Virus record (IMG/VR): IMGVR_UViG_3300047157_000186 | Reading direction: 5' to 3' (one strand) | DNA length: 64,000 bases | Source: a virus | Lineage: Duplodnaviria > Caudoviricetes | Shown here: positions 1 to 9,519 of the stretch, piece by piece | How the letters are laid out: every line of letters starts with the position of its first letter | Position numbering within the stretch: position 1 is the first letter of the stretch | The notes under the pieces: generated by a model | What the model was told of the DNA's origin: nothing | Databases searched by the model: none | Seen by the model: only the letters and a program-made list of their open reading frames with translations | Position numbers and translations under genes: made by a program

Positions 1-1
1 A

Positions 2-883
2 CAAATCTATAAGTTTTTCCCTGAACGTGAAAATTCTACATATGCAAAGAGTGTAAAATGGGTAATGCCAAAAATTGAAGCATTTCATTTTGATGGTAAT
101 CATATAGCGTCAAACAATTTTAAATTTGCTGACACAAAATATTATGGAATTAATTTTTCCAAAAAAGAAAAGAATTACTTAGAATTTAGGTATATTGGTG
201 GAGCTGATTATGAGAAAAAATCAGATGATATTCTTTATTTAACTGAAAGATTTTTAATGCAAATGTGGAATTCGTGTAATGACTCCAGGTTTAATGATGA
301 GAATAAAATAGAATTACAGAGAATTTTAAATAAAAATAAACCTATCTCAGATATACTAAAGGACTACTCTAAGGTATCTGAACATTATCCCGACATAACT
401 ATATTGGTAGATTTAGTAGATAACCCAGTCATTATTAAATTGCAATGGGAAAGGTTTAAGAATAGAGTAGTAGATCTTATAGTAAATGGATCTATGACTG
501 CCGGCTTAATTAATTATGATTCTAATTATGGAGCCACACAAATAAAAGATGGAAAGTTTCCAACTGTTTATCAATTAGAAGATTTTGAATTTATAGATTG
601 TGAAATAGCTGGGAATGTAACTAATTCTAGTTTTTATGGGTGTGAAATAACTGGGTCTGCTATCATGTATGGTAGTTTATACAAAGGCACTAAGGTAAAA
701 GAATCAAAAGTAGAATCTAGTTATACACATGGTAGTTGTGAATTAATAAACTGTTATGTTGCGGGTAGAGATACTATGTTTAAAGGTAAAATGATTGGAG
801 GTATATTCAGAGAGGGTTTCAAAACAAAAGATGCCAGATTTGAAGATACTGAGATTGTTGTAAGTAAAAAAATAAGAGAATAA
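2..883 (+). CDS. Putative amidoligase (COOH-NH2 ligase type 2)-like protein with C-terminal beta-helix-like repeats; 5'-truncated
   Basis: Frame is open from base 2 (QIYKFFPERENSTYAKSVKWVMP...), so the gene runs off the left edge. Motifs YAKSVK, KYYGINFSK and YLEFRYIGGADY resemble phage amidoligases; the C-terminus has FIDCEI/FYGCEI-type repeats. Confidence 0.6.
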   Translation, partial: QIYKFFPERENSTYAKSVKWVMPKIEAFHFDGNHIASNNFKFADTKYYGINFSKKEKNYLEFRYIGGADYEKKSDDILYLTERFLMQMWNSCNDSRFNDENKIELQRILNKNKPISDILKDYSKVSEHYPDITILVDLVDNPVIIKLQWERFKNRVVDLIVNGSMTAGLINYDSNYGATQIKDGKFPTVYQLEDFEFIDCEIAGNVTNSSFYGCEITGSAIMYGSLYKGTKVKESKVESSYTHGSCELINCYVAGRDTMFKGKMIGGIFREGFKTKDARFEDTEIVVSKKIRE

Positions 884-884
884 A

Positions 885-1727
885 ATGAGTGAAATTAGAA
901 GCGGTTCAAACCAAGATTTAACTTCTGGTAGAAATTTCGATCCAAATTGTCTAAATACTTTTTTAGAAGAAATAGGTGATGATATTACTGGGGCATGTAT
1001 GGTACCTATTAATTTGCCACAAAAAGAGATTGTTAATATAATTAAAAGAGCCAAAAAATGGTTTTATAAAAAATATGAATATTCTGTAAAAGAAAATTTA
1101 TACCATATTCCAAATAGTGTATTTAGTACATCACACTTTAAAAGCCACAGAGCACTTACGTTGCCTGGGCCAAGTGCAGACGGAGGTGGAGGTGTATATT
1201 CAGTATATGGTTTATATGACTTAGCTTCAGGTTGGAATGGAGGCGGAGGCGGAATGGATGTGAGATTCCAAGGTGGTTCTGACTTTTCAATGGAGCGAAT
1301 GTTATTTAGAGGAATGTATGAAGGTTCTGGTATGGCTGAAGCCGCAGAAGAACTACAGTATTATGTATTGAACGCTTCTATGGCAGATTTGTCTAGACAA
1401 ATACTTGAAAACCCTATTTCATTTCATTATTCTAGTTTAACTGGAGAATTAAAATTTATGGGTGATACACCAAAGGGTGATGTTATTTTAGAGATATATG
1501 AAACTATCCCTGATTGTGCATTATATTCAGATGAAATATTCTTTAGATATGTGAGTGCAAAAATAAAACAATCTATTGGTTCTAAATTAGCAATTTTTAA
1601 ATTTGCCCTTCCTGGTAATGTTGATTTTGATTATGATGCCATTAAAAGTATGGGTGATGATGAGCTATCAGAGATTAACGAAGAGATTCAAGGAGACGAA
1701 GGTGTTGATTGGATGATGCATTCATAA
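885..1727 (+). CDS. Neck / head-tail adaptor protein, T4 gp13-like
   Basis: N-terminal IKRAKKWFY and C-terminal KLAIFKFALPGNVDFDYDAIKSMGDDEL resemble gp13 (KF..LPGGV.LNG..I...A..E); lies at the head of a structural operon. Confidence 0.65.
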   Translation: MSEIRSGSNQDLTSGRNFDPNCLNTFLEEIGDDITGACMVPINLPQKEIVNIIKRAKKWFYKKYEYSVKENLYHIPNSVFSTSHFKSHRALTLPGPSADGGGGVYSVYGLYDLASGWNGGGGGMDVRFQGGSDFSMERMLFRGMYEGSGMAEAAEELQYYVLNASMADLSRQILENPISFHYSSLTGELKFMGDTPKGDVILEIYETIPDCALYSDEIFFRYVSAKIKQSIGSKLAIFKFALPGNVDFDYDAIKSMGDDELSEINEEIQGDEGVDWMMHS

Positions 1728-1736
1728 ATAAAAGAA

Positions 1737-1744
1737 GATAAATA
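1737..1744 (+). promoter_or_regulatory. Late-type promoter motif GATAAATA
   Basis: Recurring GATA(T/A)ATA motif immediately upstream of the ATG at 1750. Confidence 0.45.
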
Positions 1745-1749
1745 AATAA

Positions 1750-2106
1750 ATGGAATTATATATAAAATATCCTAGCGATCCTAATTACGACGAAGATCAA
1801 GTTCAGACTAATGGTGAAATAGAAATGTTGATCACACAGATTCAAACAATTTTATTCACTAATAGTGGTGAAGTTATGGGGGATCATAAGTTTGGATGTG
1901 ATTTAGAAACACTTATATATGATTTCAATTCTAGTGAACATAATATTAAATCAGTGATAGTAGATCAGATTAATGCATATTGCCCATTAGCATCAAAATA
2001 CAATGTTCAAGTGAACATTGACTTTGTTCGAGGTGAAGTTAGAGATATTGCGTTCATAGATATTACGATAGATAGTAGATATGCTATAAAAATAAGCATG
2101 CTATAA
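1750..2106 (+). CDS. gp25: Baseplate wedge subunit, gp25/GPW-like
   Basis: 118 aa; ILFTNSGEVMGDHKFGCDLETLIYDF matches the gp25 family pattern (L.T..GER...P.FG..L...LF); next to a gp6-like gene. Confidence 0.8.
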   Translation: MELYIKYPSDPNYDEDQVQTNGEIEMLITQIQTILFTNSGEVMGDHKFGCDLETLIYDFNSSEHNIKSVIVDQINAYCPLASKYNVQVNIDFVRGEVRDIAFIDITIDSRYAIKISML

Positions 2107-2123
2107 AAAAGTATACATAAATA

Positions 2124-3953
2124 ATGGCAGAATTAAAATTTTTAAGTACAATTAGAACGGGAGCAGAGTCTATTAAGGCTGATGCTAGAACTTATATTTC
2201 TAGGGTATACAATAGAGCTAACACTTTGTTTACTTTAGCTTCACCGTTTGCACAAATAATAGCTGTACTATCAGAAATGATGGATCTTATTATGTATTAT
2301 ATTGAGGATTCTGTAGTAGAACAAAACATATATACTGCACAGCAACCAGAATCAATATATGGTATGTCAAGATTGACAGGTCATGATGCGACAAGAGGAT
2401 TTGCTTCTACTGGTGAAATTATATTTAGATGGAAACCTGGTGCTGATATGGCAAAAATAGCAGGAAGTTTATTAAATATTAATGGTAGATCAGAAATTAA
2501 ATTTGATGCTAACGGAATGACGTATACTTTATTAAATTCTGTTGAATTATTTAAATTAGAAAAAACAAATTATAATGCATTTAAAAGTGCAATAATTCAA
2601 GGTAAATTTGAATCACAAACTGTGACTTCTAATGGTGAAAAATTACAATCATTTAACATTAATACTGGTGGAATCACTGATCATAGTAAAGTTACTGTAA
2701 GTGTTAATGGTGAGCAATGGACAAAGCATGAATCTCTTTATGATCTATTATCTGATGAGAAAGCATATTTAATTAAAACTGGTATTAGCGGAGGTTTAGA
2801 TCTTTATTTTGGAAATGGAAGTTTTGGAATGGTGCCACCAAATGGTGCTAGTATTAAAGTGGAATATGTAAAACATTCTGGAATTGCTGGTAATTTAGAT
2901 GATTCACCTGATCTAACTATTAAGTGGGATGCAACTGGTTATGATTCTAATGGAACAGAACATGATTTAAATGAATTCTTAGATGTAACTGTTACTTCAT
3001 CTCCAAAAATGGGTAGTGATAGAGAGAATACTCAATTTACAAAAATAATGACACCACTTGCAAGTAAATCATTTGTATTAGCTACACCTGATAACTATGA
3101 ATACTTTTTGTCAAGATATAATATGTTTTCTTACATAGATGCATATAACACTACTGACGATCAATATTTAGATGATGATAATGTTATTTATATTTTTGCG
3201 GTGCCAGATGTTAATAAAAAATTAGCTAAAAATCAAGATTACTTTACTGTACCACAAGAAGAAATGTTCTTTGATCAAGGTGAGTATGATGCAATGCATA
3301 AGGTTTTAGAAGATAGCGGCCAACAAATGGTAACAACTGAAGTTGTTTTTGTTAAGCCACAGATAAGAAAATATAGTATTGATATTAATATTAGATTCTT
3401 TGAAGGTTATACTAAGGATGAAATTTACACAGCTGTAAGAGAGAGAATGTCAACATACTTATTAAATATAACAAGAAGAGATAAACTGCCTAAGTCTGAT
3501 ATTATTTATATCTTAGAAGAAGTAGCAGGTATTGACGCTGTAAATGTTAGGTTCATTTCAGAGACAGAAGAAACAGCAAGAAGACTTGGTTATTATGAAT
3601 CAATTACTACTACCGTGGTTCCACAAGAACCAGTAACACTGGAAACTGTAGGAAATGGAAAACAAAAATATGTTTTCTTTAAGAAAATAGAGGATGTAAA
3701 GGTGGTTCCAGTTGATGAAAATACTGTTATTCCTCCTAAGGTAAAAGGATTAGATCAGTGGGGTGATATTATAATGGAAAAAGAAGAAGTTGCTGTTTTT
3801 AGAGGCGGATGGTTAGATAGAGATGGTGACGTTATGGAAGATGATGTGTTAATTAACGCTGAAGCTGCGGTAAGTATAAACTTTGAAGCAGATCCTGTGC
3901 CTAGAACAATATACACTAGAGTACAAGCTGGAAATAGAAAGGCACTTAAATAA
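2124..3953 (+). CDS. gp6: Baseplate wedge protein, T4 gp6 / baseplate J-like
   Basis: 609 aa; AQQPESIYGMSRLTGH, LYFGNGSFGMVPPNGASIKVEY and VLATPDNYEYFL are gp6-like segments; follows gp25. Confidence 0.75.
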   Translation: MAELKFLSTIRTGAESIKADARTYISRVYNRANTLFTLASPFAQIIAVLSEMMDLIMYYIEDSVVEQNIYTAQQPESIYGMSRLTGHDATRGFASTGEIIFRWKPGADMAKIAGSLLNINGRSEIKFDANGMTYTLLNSVELFKLEKTNYNAFKSAIIQGKFESQTVTSNGEKLQSFNINTGGITDHSKVTVSVNGEQWTKHESLYDLLSDEKAYLIKTGISGGLDLYFGNGSFGMVPPNGASIKVEYVKHSGIAGNLDDSPDLTIKWDATGYDSNGTEHDLNEFLDVTVTSSPKMGSDRENTQFTKIMTPLASKSFVLATPDNYEYFLSRYNMFSYIDAYNTTDDQYLDDDNVIYIFAVPDVNKKLAKNQDYFTVPQEEMFFDQGEYDAMHKVLEDSGQQMVTTEVVFVKPQIRKYSIDINIRFFEGYTKDEIYTAVRERMSTYLLNITRRDKLPKSDIIYILEEVAGIDAVNVRFISETEETARRLGYYESITTTVVPQEPVTLETVGNGKQKYVFFKKIEDVKVVPVDENTVIPPKVKGLDQWGDIIMEKEEVAVFRGGWLDRDGDVMEDDVLINAEAAVSINFEADPVPRTIYTRVQAGNRKALK

Positions 3954-4237
3954 TGGGTTTATTTACAAATTTATTTAACTATAGACAACGTAGAAGATAT
4001 GATTCTGCTAAATCTAGAAAGGATGATAGATTACACACGGGATTTAACTACGATGATGAGTTGGCTCCAGGAGAATTTATTAGTAAGTCTTTGTCTGGTC
4101 ACATTCAAAGAAATCAAACTATGCAACATTTTTTAATATTCTTAGATGACGCATTAAAGAATTTATTAAAGGGTGCAAGATATTTAAATAATTTTAAAAA
4201 TTACACCGTTGACGAAAACACAAAGAAAACTAAATAA
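3953..4237 (+). CDS. Small baseplate-associated hypothetical protein
   Basis: 94-aa ORF coupled on both sides by TAATG stop/start overlaps. Confidence 0.55.
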   Translation: MGLFTNLFNYRQRRRYDSAKSRKDDRLHTGFNYDDELAPGEFISKSLSGHIQRNQTMQHFLIFLDDALKNLLKGARYLNNFKNYTVDENTKKTK

Positions 4238-6981
4238 TGTACGATAATTTAAGATTTTTTAAAGGATTAGAATATGATTTAAACTTCGTAAAGGATAACT
4301 CTGATGTTTATCAGGGAACTGTGCATTTATCTGAGGTTTCTGCTGGTTTATATGAAACTATTAATTTATTTATATTAGAAGAGTGTGAATTATTCGGAGA
4401 CCCTATTATAAATTTCCCAGTATCTGAAACACCAGATAACGATAAATTTATATTTGAATGGAGTGAAGATACTAGATTTGGTAGTAAAGATATTACACTA
4501 TATAATATAGATCATTCTGGAAATCTTCCAGTAATTAAAGAATTAAAATCTCAAACTATTGATCTAATAGATTTTAGTAAAGTTGCGGTATTTAATGATG
4601 GTACTAAGGCGTTGTGGGAACAAGATAGTACCGCTATTCAAATTAATATAGCGTTAAATTCATTAAAAGCTGGACCACATGTTAGAAACTTGCACATTTA
4701 TCATAGCGCAGCGGGTGTAAAAACACTTATAGCAGATATTGAAGTTTATGGTGAAGTAGTTGCTGAAGATGAAAGAACCAAAATTCTTCTTCAAAACTTT
4801 GGAGCTACATTAGATGAATCTGATTTTATGTTATTTAAAGATCATGACATTAGTGAAATGTCACCTGATTATAAATTACTGAATAAGAAAAGAAAGGAAT
4901 TACTTTTAGAATTACACAACATAAAACCATTTGTTGGTACATATAAAGCAATATTGAATGCAATAGATTTCTTTGGTTATGACAAAATAACACTTAAGGA
5001 ATATTGGTTAAATGTTAATAATTCTGTTAAGAACTTTGGTAAATTATTTGCAGTTCCAGTTCCTAACTCTTCTGTTAGGGGTGAAAACACTAGAAAGAAA
5101 TTAGCGTTTAAACTGCCTTCTAGTACAATGAAAAAAACTAGTAAGTTTAGTCTTGTATATAGATTAAACGAGCCGAATGGAACATTTGATCATTGGGATA
5201 TTCCTAATGTTGATGAGGTTTTTGATTATACACCAGAAGAAGTACTTATTAAACTATATGGTTTAAAGGCAAAGTTACAAAAAGATTATTTACCGCTTCA
5301 AGCAAAAATTATAGATATTACTGCCGAAGGAGATTACTTCTCTCAAAGAAATATAAATGTATGGAATATTCAAAATGGCATTGATTTCTTTAGTGAAGGA
5401 CATGATATTAAGTTTAATGTATTTCCTAACGATAGACAGTTATTTATAGAAGATATGTCAATGGTTTTAAAACCATCGCTTAATCAAGATGATGATTCTA
5501 ATAACTATAATTTATTCTTAAATACTAAAAGCGGACAAGAACATACATTAACCCCAAATAATAGAACAGAATTAAAGAGTATATTTAGAGAGTTTTATGA
5601 AACATATCATAATCAAGAATTATATTCTTATAACCCTAACATTCCAATTGGATGTCCTGTATTATTAGACGGTACAGAATCATTTGATGATATTTGGGAT
5701 GAAGCTAAATTTACTTGGGAAGATGCTCACAATCCAAACGATACTTTGTTAATTACATGGAACGATTGGTGGAAAGCATGGGTTTATGAAATAGAATGGA
5801 TTATTACAAGTAAAAATAAAGGGTATGATCAGACTTATAGGGGTGCGATAGATGATTATTTGATTCTTCCATTGATATTACCACATGATGACATATATAC
5901 TGTCGAGATGAGAACATATGATCTCTTTGGGCACAGATCTCATTATAGAATGAAAGATCTAATAGATGTAAAACTTAAAAATCTAGAATTATACGGTATT
6001 TATAAGTGGTTAGAAGATGATTCATGGGATAATAAAAATCTACCGTGGCAAAAATCAGGTGGTTATTGGAATCAACCTCAAGATAATGTAACAACTATCG
6101 ATGATGATATTGCTACTCTTTATTTAACATTAGATAGAGCAAATTACATTCACTTTGAAGAAGATCAAGGAGTTAGATTTTCAACTGTTAGTAGGTATTT
6201 AGATATTTATTCTGAAACTGCATATAGTGAAACTACTGGACCATATACATGGGACGAATCAACGTTTGATTGGAAAGACACTGAGCATTTAGCGTGGCAT
6301 TTCATGAGAGTTGGACCTGATTTAACTTCAAGTTTCAAAATAAATGATATACAACAAGGTGATACCTTAGTAATAACACATAAAGATCCAAAAACTGGAG
6401 AAATAAGCACAGGATCTCATCAAATAGTTAATGCTACACCAACCACGTTTAATGATGTAAATGGTTGGACTCAAATAATGAATGAATTACAACAAAGTGA
6501 AGACTATGTTATTAGTAAATTTAATTATAACGCAATATTTGAAGATTCTGACGATAATGATGTAAGTGATGTTTTTAAATTCATATTGGTTGTAGGAAAA
6601 GAATACTCAAAAACTTATGATTTTGAAGACGCTTCGATAATAAAAATTAATAATTCATCAAACGCTAATATTAGCGGTGAAATTCACGTACAACATTACA
6701 ATCCAACATGGGACGACACCAGAGTATTTAATGATTATGCAGAGGTTGAAAGATCTACACATGTTACATTTTCAACAGATATTTCTAGATTCCCTGGAAG
6801 TAAAAATGCTAAATGGACTATCACAAATATAACTAACCCAAAAATCACTGATATATACTATAATAATATGTGGCTTACATATATCTTTAAAGAACCTGGG
6901 TACTACAATATTCAGCTAGAAACTGAAGATACAAATGGAAATAAAAACCTTGTAAATAGGAACATGTTAAAAGTAAAATAA
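4237..6981 (+). CDS. Large structural (probable baseplate) protein with C-terminal PKD/Ig-like segment
   Basis: 914 aa; KPFVGTYKAILNAIDFFGY resembles baseplate wedge/gp7-type segments; C-terminal YIFKEPGYYNIQLETEDTNGN is PKD-like; structural context. Confidence 0.55.
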   Translation: MYDNLRFFKGLEYDLNFVKDNSDVYQGTVHLSEVSAGLYETINLFILEECELFGDPIINFPVSETPDNDKFIFEWSEDTRFGSKDITLYNIDHSGNLPVIKELKSQTIDLIDFSKVAVFNDGTKALWEQDSTAIQINIALNSLKAGPHVRNLHIYHSAAGVKTLIADIEVYGEVVAEDERTKILLQNFGATLDESDFMLFKDHDISEMSPDYKLLNKKRKELLLELHNIKPFVGTYKAILNAIDFFGYDKITLKEYWLNVNNSVKNFGKLFAVPVPNSSVRGENTRKKLAFKLPSSTMKKTSKFSLVYRLNEPNGTFDHWDIPNVDEVFDYTPEEVLIKLYGLKAKLQKDYLPLQAKIIDITAEGDYFSQRNINVWNIQNGIDFFSEGHDIKFNVFPNDRQLFIEDMSMVLKPSLNQDDDSNNYNLFLNTKSGQEHTLTPNNRTELKSIFREFYETYHNQELYSYNPNIPIGCPVLLDGTESFDDIWDEAKFTWEDAHNPNDTLLITWNDWWKAWVYEIEWIITSKNKGYDQTYRGAIDDYLILPLILPHDDIYTVEMRTYDLFGHRSHYRMKDLIDVKLKNLELYGIYKWLEDDSWDNKNLPWQKSGGYWNQPQDNVTTIDDDIATLYLTLDRANYIHFEEDQGVRFSTVSRYLDIYSETAYSETTGPYTWDESTFDWKDTEHLAWHFMRVGPDLTSSFKINDIQQGDTLVITHKDPKTGEISTGSHQIVNATPTTFNDVNGWTQIMNELQQSEDYVISKFNYNAIFEDSDDNDVSDVFKFILVVGKEYSKTYDFEDASIIKINNSSNANISGEIHVQHYNPTWDDTRVFNDYAEVERSTHVTFSTDISRFPGSKNAKWTITNITNPKITDIYYNNMWLTYIFKEPGYYNIQLETEDTNGNKNLVNRNMLKVK

Positions 6982-6995
6982 TAAAAACAATAAAA

Positions 6996-7562
6996 ATGGC
7001 AAACATTACTGAAATTTTAGGAACTGATTCAGTTTCTTCATCGAGACCGATCATCAATAGCAACTTTGAGTTGTTAAATGATGAGTTAGCATCTGTTACG
7101 GCCTTGTTAAACCCAACTACCTTAATTTTAAGTGGAGTCGCTAGCGTATCTACTTCATCGTTAACTGTTACACAGAACGGTGCTAACTTATTATTAGTAA
7201 ATAATTTAGGTGCCGCGTTTAACACTGCTGCAATTTTTAATTCATCTGTAAAATTAGATGGAGATTTAGTAAAAAGCGGAGTCTTAGGAACTGCTGCTAC
7301 ACCAACAACACAAGTTACACCAGTTTCAATAACTGCGGTTACTTACTTTATTGATAGTCACTTTACATTACCAGAAGCGGTAGATGGACAAGAGGTAACA
7401 ATTATTAATGTTGACGGTAGTTCTAAATCTGTGTTATCAGGTACAGGAGCTACTTTAGGTGCTACATCTATTACACTCGAAGGATTAAACTCAACAGTTA
7501 CATTAAGATGTTTTGATAATAAATGGTATATTATCTCATCGCACAACACAACAATAGTATAA
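6996..7562 (+). CDS. Short fibre/appendage-like structural protein
   Basis: 188 aa, Ser/Thr/Gly-rich; N-terminal EILGTDSVSSSRPIINSNFELL is similar to the N-terminus of the 21394 fibre. Confidence 0.5.
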   Translation: MANITEILGTDSVSSSRPIINSNFELLNDELASVTALLNPTTLILSGVASVSTSSLTVTQNGANLLLVNNLGAAFNTAAIFNSSVKLDGDLVKSGVLGTAATPTTQVTPVSITAVTYFIDSHFTLPEAVDGQEVTIINVDGSSKSVLSGTGATLGATSITLEGLNSTVTLRCFDNKWYIISSHNTTIV

Positions 7563-7580
7563 ACAAAACTTAAAGAATAG

Positions 7581-9518
7581 ATGGCAACTCCTCTAGTTAG
7601 AATACCGCAGCCAATGGGCGGCACAATGTATGCTTTCGCATCTTCTGCGAGAGACATGACTAGGGCTTTTAATAGTTCAGATTTAAATTTTGAGTTTAGT
7701 AAATACGCTTTATTAGATCTTCCAGATTTTACTGATTCTGTTAATGGCTCTAACACAATAGATTTTGAATTAAATCTTAAACAACCTTCAGGTGATGCAT
7801 ATGTTGCTGGAATGCCTAATGTGGATTTTGCACAAACATTCCAAAATTATGCGCTTAACTTAGAAGAGCTGTTATTAAAAGACGATGATTATGATCCAAT
7901 AATATTACAATCAGATTCTGAAAAGATATTTTTTAAATGGTTAAGTTCTTTGGGTGCAGTAGATTTTATTGCAGCTGATTCTAACCAGACACTTGTTGGT
8001 AATTATACCGAAAAAGTTAATGGTACGTTTGCTAGTGATAACTACGATAGAGTTGTTAAATATTTAGGAACAATAGATGCTGAAAACGATGTTGCATATC
8101 AAGGTAACACGTATCATGAAGTCTATATTAATGTACCTACTTCAGTAGGTTATACTCCGACTGTTTTATTTAAACCAACAAATTATAATACGACTGCAAC
8201 AAAATTATATGCAAGTGATTATGTAGAGGGCAGAGAGGCACAATTACACCCTGATCCAAACATAAACATGAATACTGTTGTTGATGAATATACGTCAAGT
8301 AGTGGAGCTTATTATAATATTCAAACTAATGCTACTAACAGTGTTGGAATTAATTTCGATGCAACTGCATATGAAGAAATTAATAATGACGTTGAAGTAG
8401 AATCACTATTAGATTTTGCTAAAAAGGGACAAAGGTTTACATTTAATGCCATTCTTGTATACTATGATATTTATAGCGAATCTATTTCTGCGAATAGAGC
8501 AACTAACTTATATGGAATATTAATTTTAGATGATATACAAGATGCTTATGGACCTGGTTCTAAAATTAACGAACAAATTAAATTTAAACCAAACGAGGTT
8601 ACAGGTTTAAATGGTAATGCATTTTCTTTAAAATTAAATCTTAAATTTAATTCTTCATTAGATAATGTTGGTGTAGAAACAAGTGTAAATGATTTTACAA
8701 CTTTCTCTATGGATTTATTCATGGACACAACAACTGCTCTTGAAAATGCAACTGAATTGTTAATACAAGCTAATAATAGATATGCTGCTATTGTAGAAAG
8801 ATTAGATTCTATAGAAAATATTGTTTCTTCTACTGAAGACACAACTGCTTTATCACAAAAGGTTCAAGTATTAGAAGATGATTTTCAAAGTAGTTCTCTT
8901 CAATTAGCGGATTCAAATTCTCTTTTAGAATTAATAACAAAGGCACATACTAAAATTAATTCTTTAATTGATGGAACTATTCCAGTAGAATTACAATACA
9001 ATACAGATATTATATTTGCTGGAAAGGGTACAGAAGTTGATAAAACTATTCCTAATAAAATTAAAATTGACAGTACAGTTGACGGTTATACATTAAATAG
9101 CCCATACTTGTGGAATATAGCAGCAAGAACAATCGCTACTAAATTATCTACAACAGAGCAATTTGATGCAGGTGTAGCAGGGAATGGATCTTCTAAGTTT
9201 GCAATTTGGTCTAGACTTGAAGAATTTTCAAACAGATTAAGTTTAAAAGGATTATTCTCATCTGAGCCTGAAAGTGACCTTAATATATACATTGACGATA
9301 GTTTAGTTTCGTGGAAAAACGGACAAACTTTCAAAATTACATTTGATGAAATAAATATGTCAGGAAATAATATTAAATTTTGGACAAACTCAGTTGGAGG
9401 TTTTGATCAATTAATATTTAATGTTGACTCAACTCAATTAATAACAAATAAACCATATATTGAATTAGTGTGTATTGATTACACTAACTATCAATTTGAA
9501 GCCGATATTTTAAGATAA
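7581..9518 (+). CDS. Hypothetical virion structural protein
   Basis: 645-aa uninterrupted ORF with a coiled-coil segment, inside the structural operon. Confidence 0.5.
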   Translation: MATPLVRIPQPMGGTMYAFASSARDMTRAFNSSDLNFEFSKYALLDLPDFTDSVNGSNTIDFELNLKQPSGDAYVAGMPNVDFAQTFQNYALNLEELLLKDDDYDPIILQSDSEKIFFKWLSSLGAVDFIAADSNQTLVGNYTEKVNGTFASDNYDRVVKYLGTIDAENDVAYQGNTYHEVYINVPTSVGYTPTVLFKPTNYNTTATKLYASDYVEGREAQLHPDPNINMNTVVDEYTSSSGAYYNIQTNATNSVGINFDATAYEEINNDVEVESLLDFAKKGQRFTFNAILVYYDIYSESISANRATNLYGILILDDIQDAYGPGSKINEQIKFKPNEVTGLNGNAFSLKLNLKFNSSLDNVGVETSVNDFTTFSMDLFMDTTTALENATELLIQANNRYAAIVERLDSIENIVSSTEDTTALSQKVQVLEDDFQSSSLQLADSNSLLELITKAHTKINSLIDGTIPVELQYNTDIIFAGKGTEVDKTIPNKIKIDSTVDGYTLNSPYLWNIAARTIATKLSTTEQFDAGVAGNGSSKFAIWSRLEEFSNRLSLKGLFSSEPESDLNIYIDDSLVSWKNGQTFKITFDEINMSGNNIKFWTNSVGGFDQLIFNVDSTQLITNKPYIELVCIDYTNYQFEADILR

Positions 9519-9519
9519 T

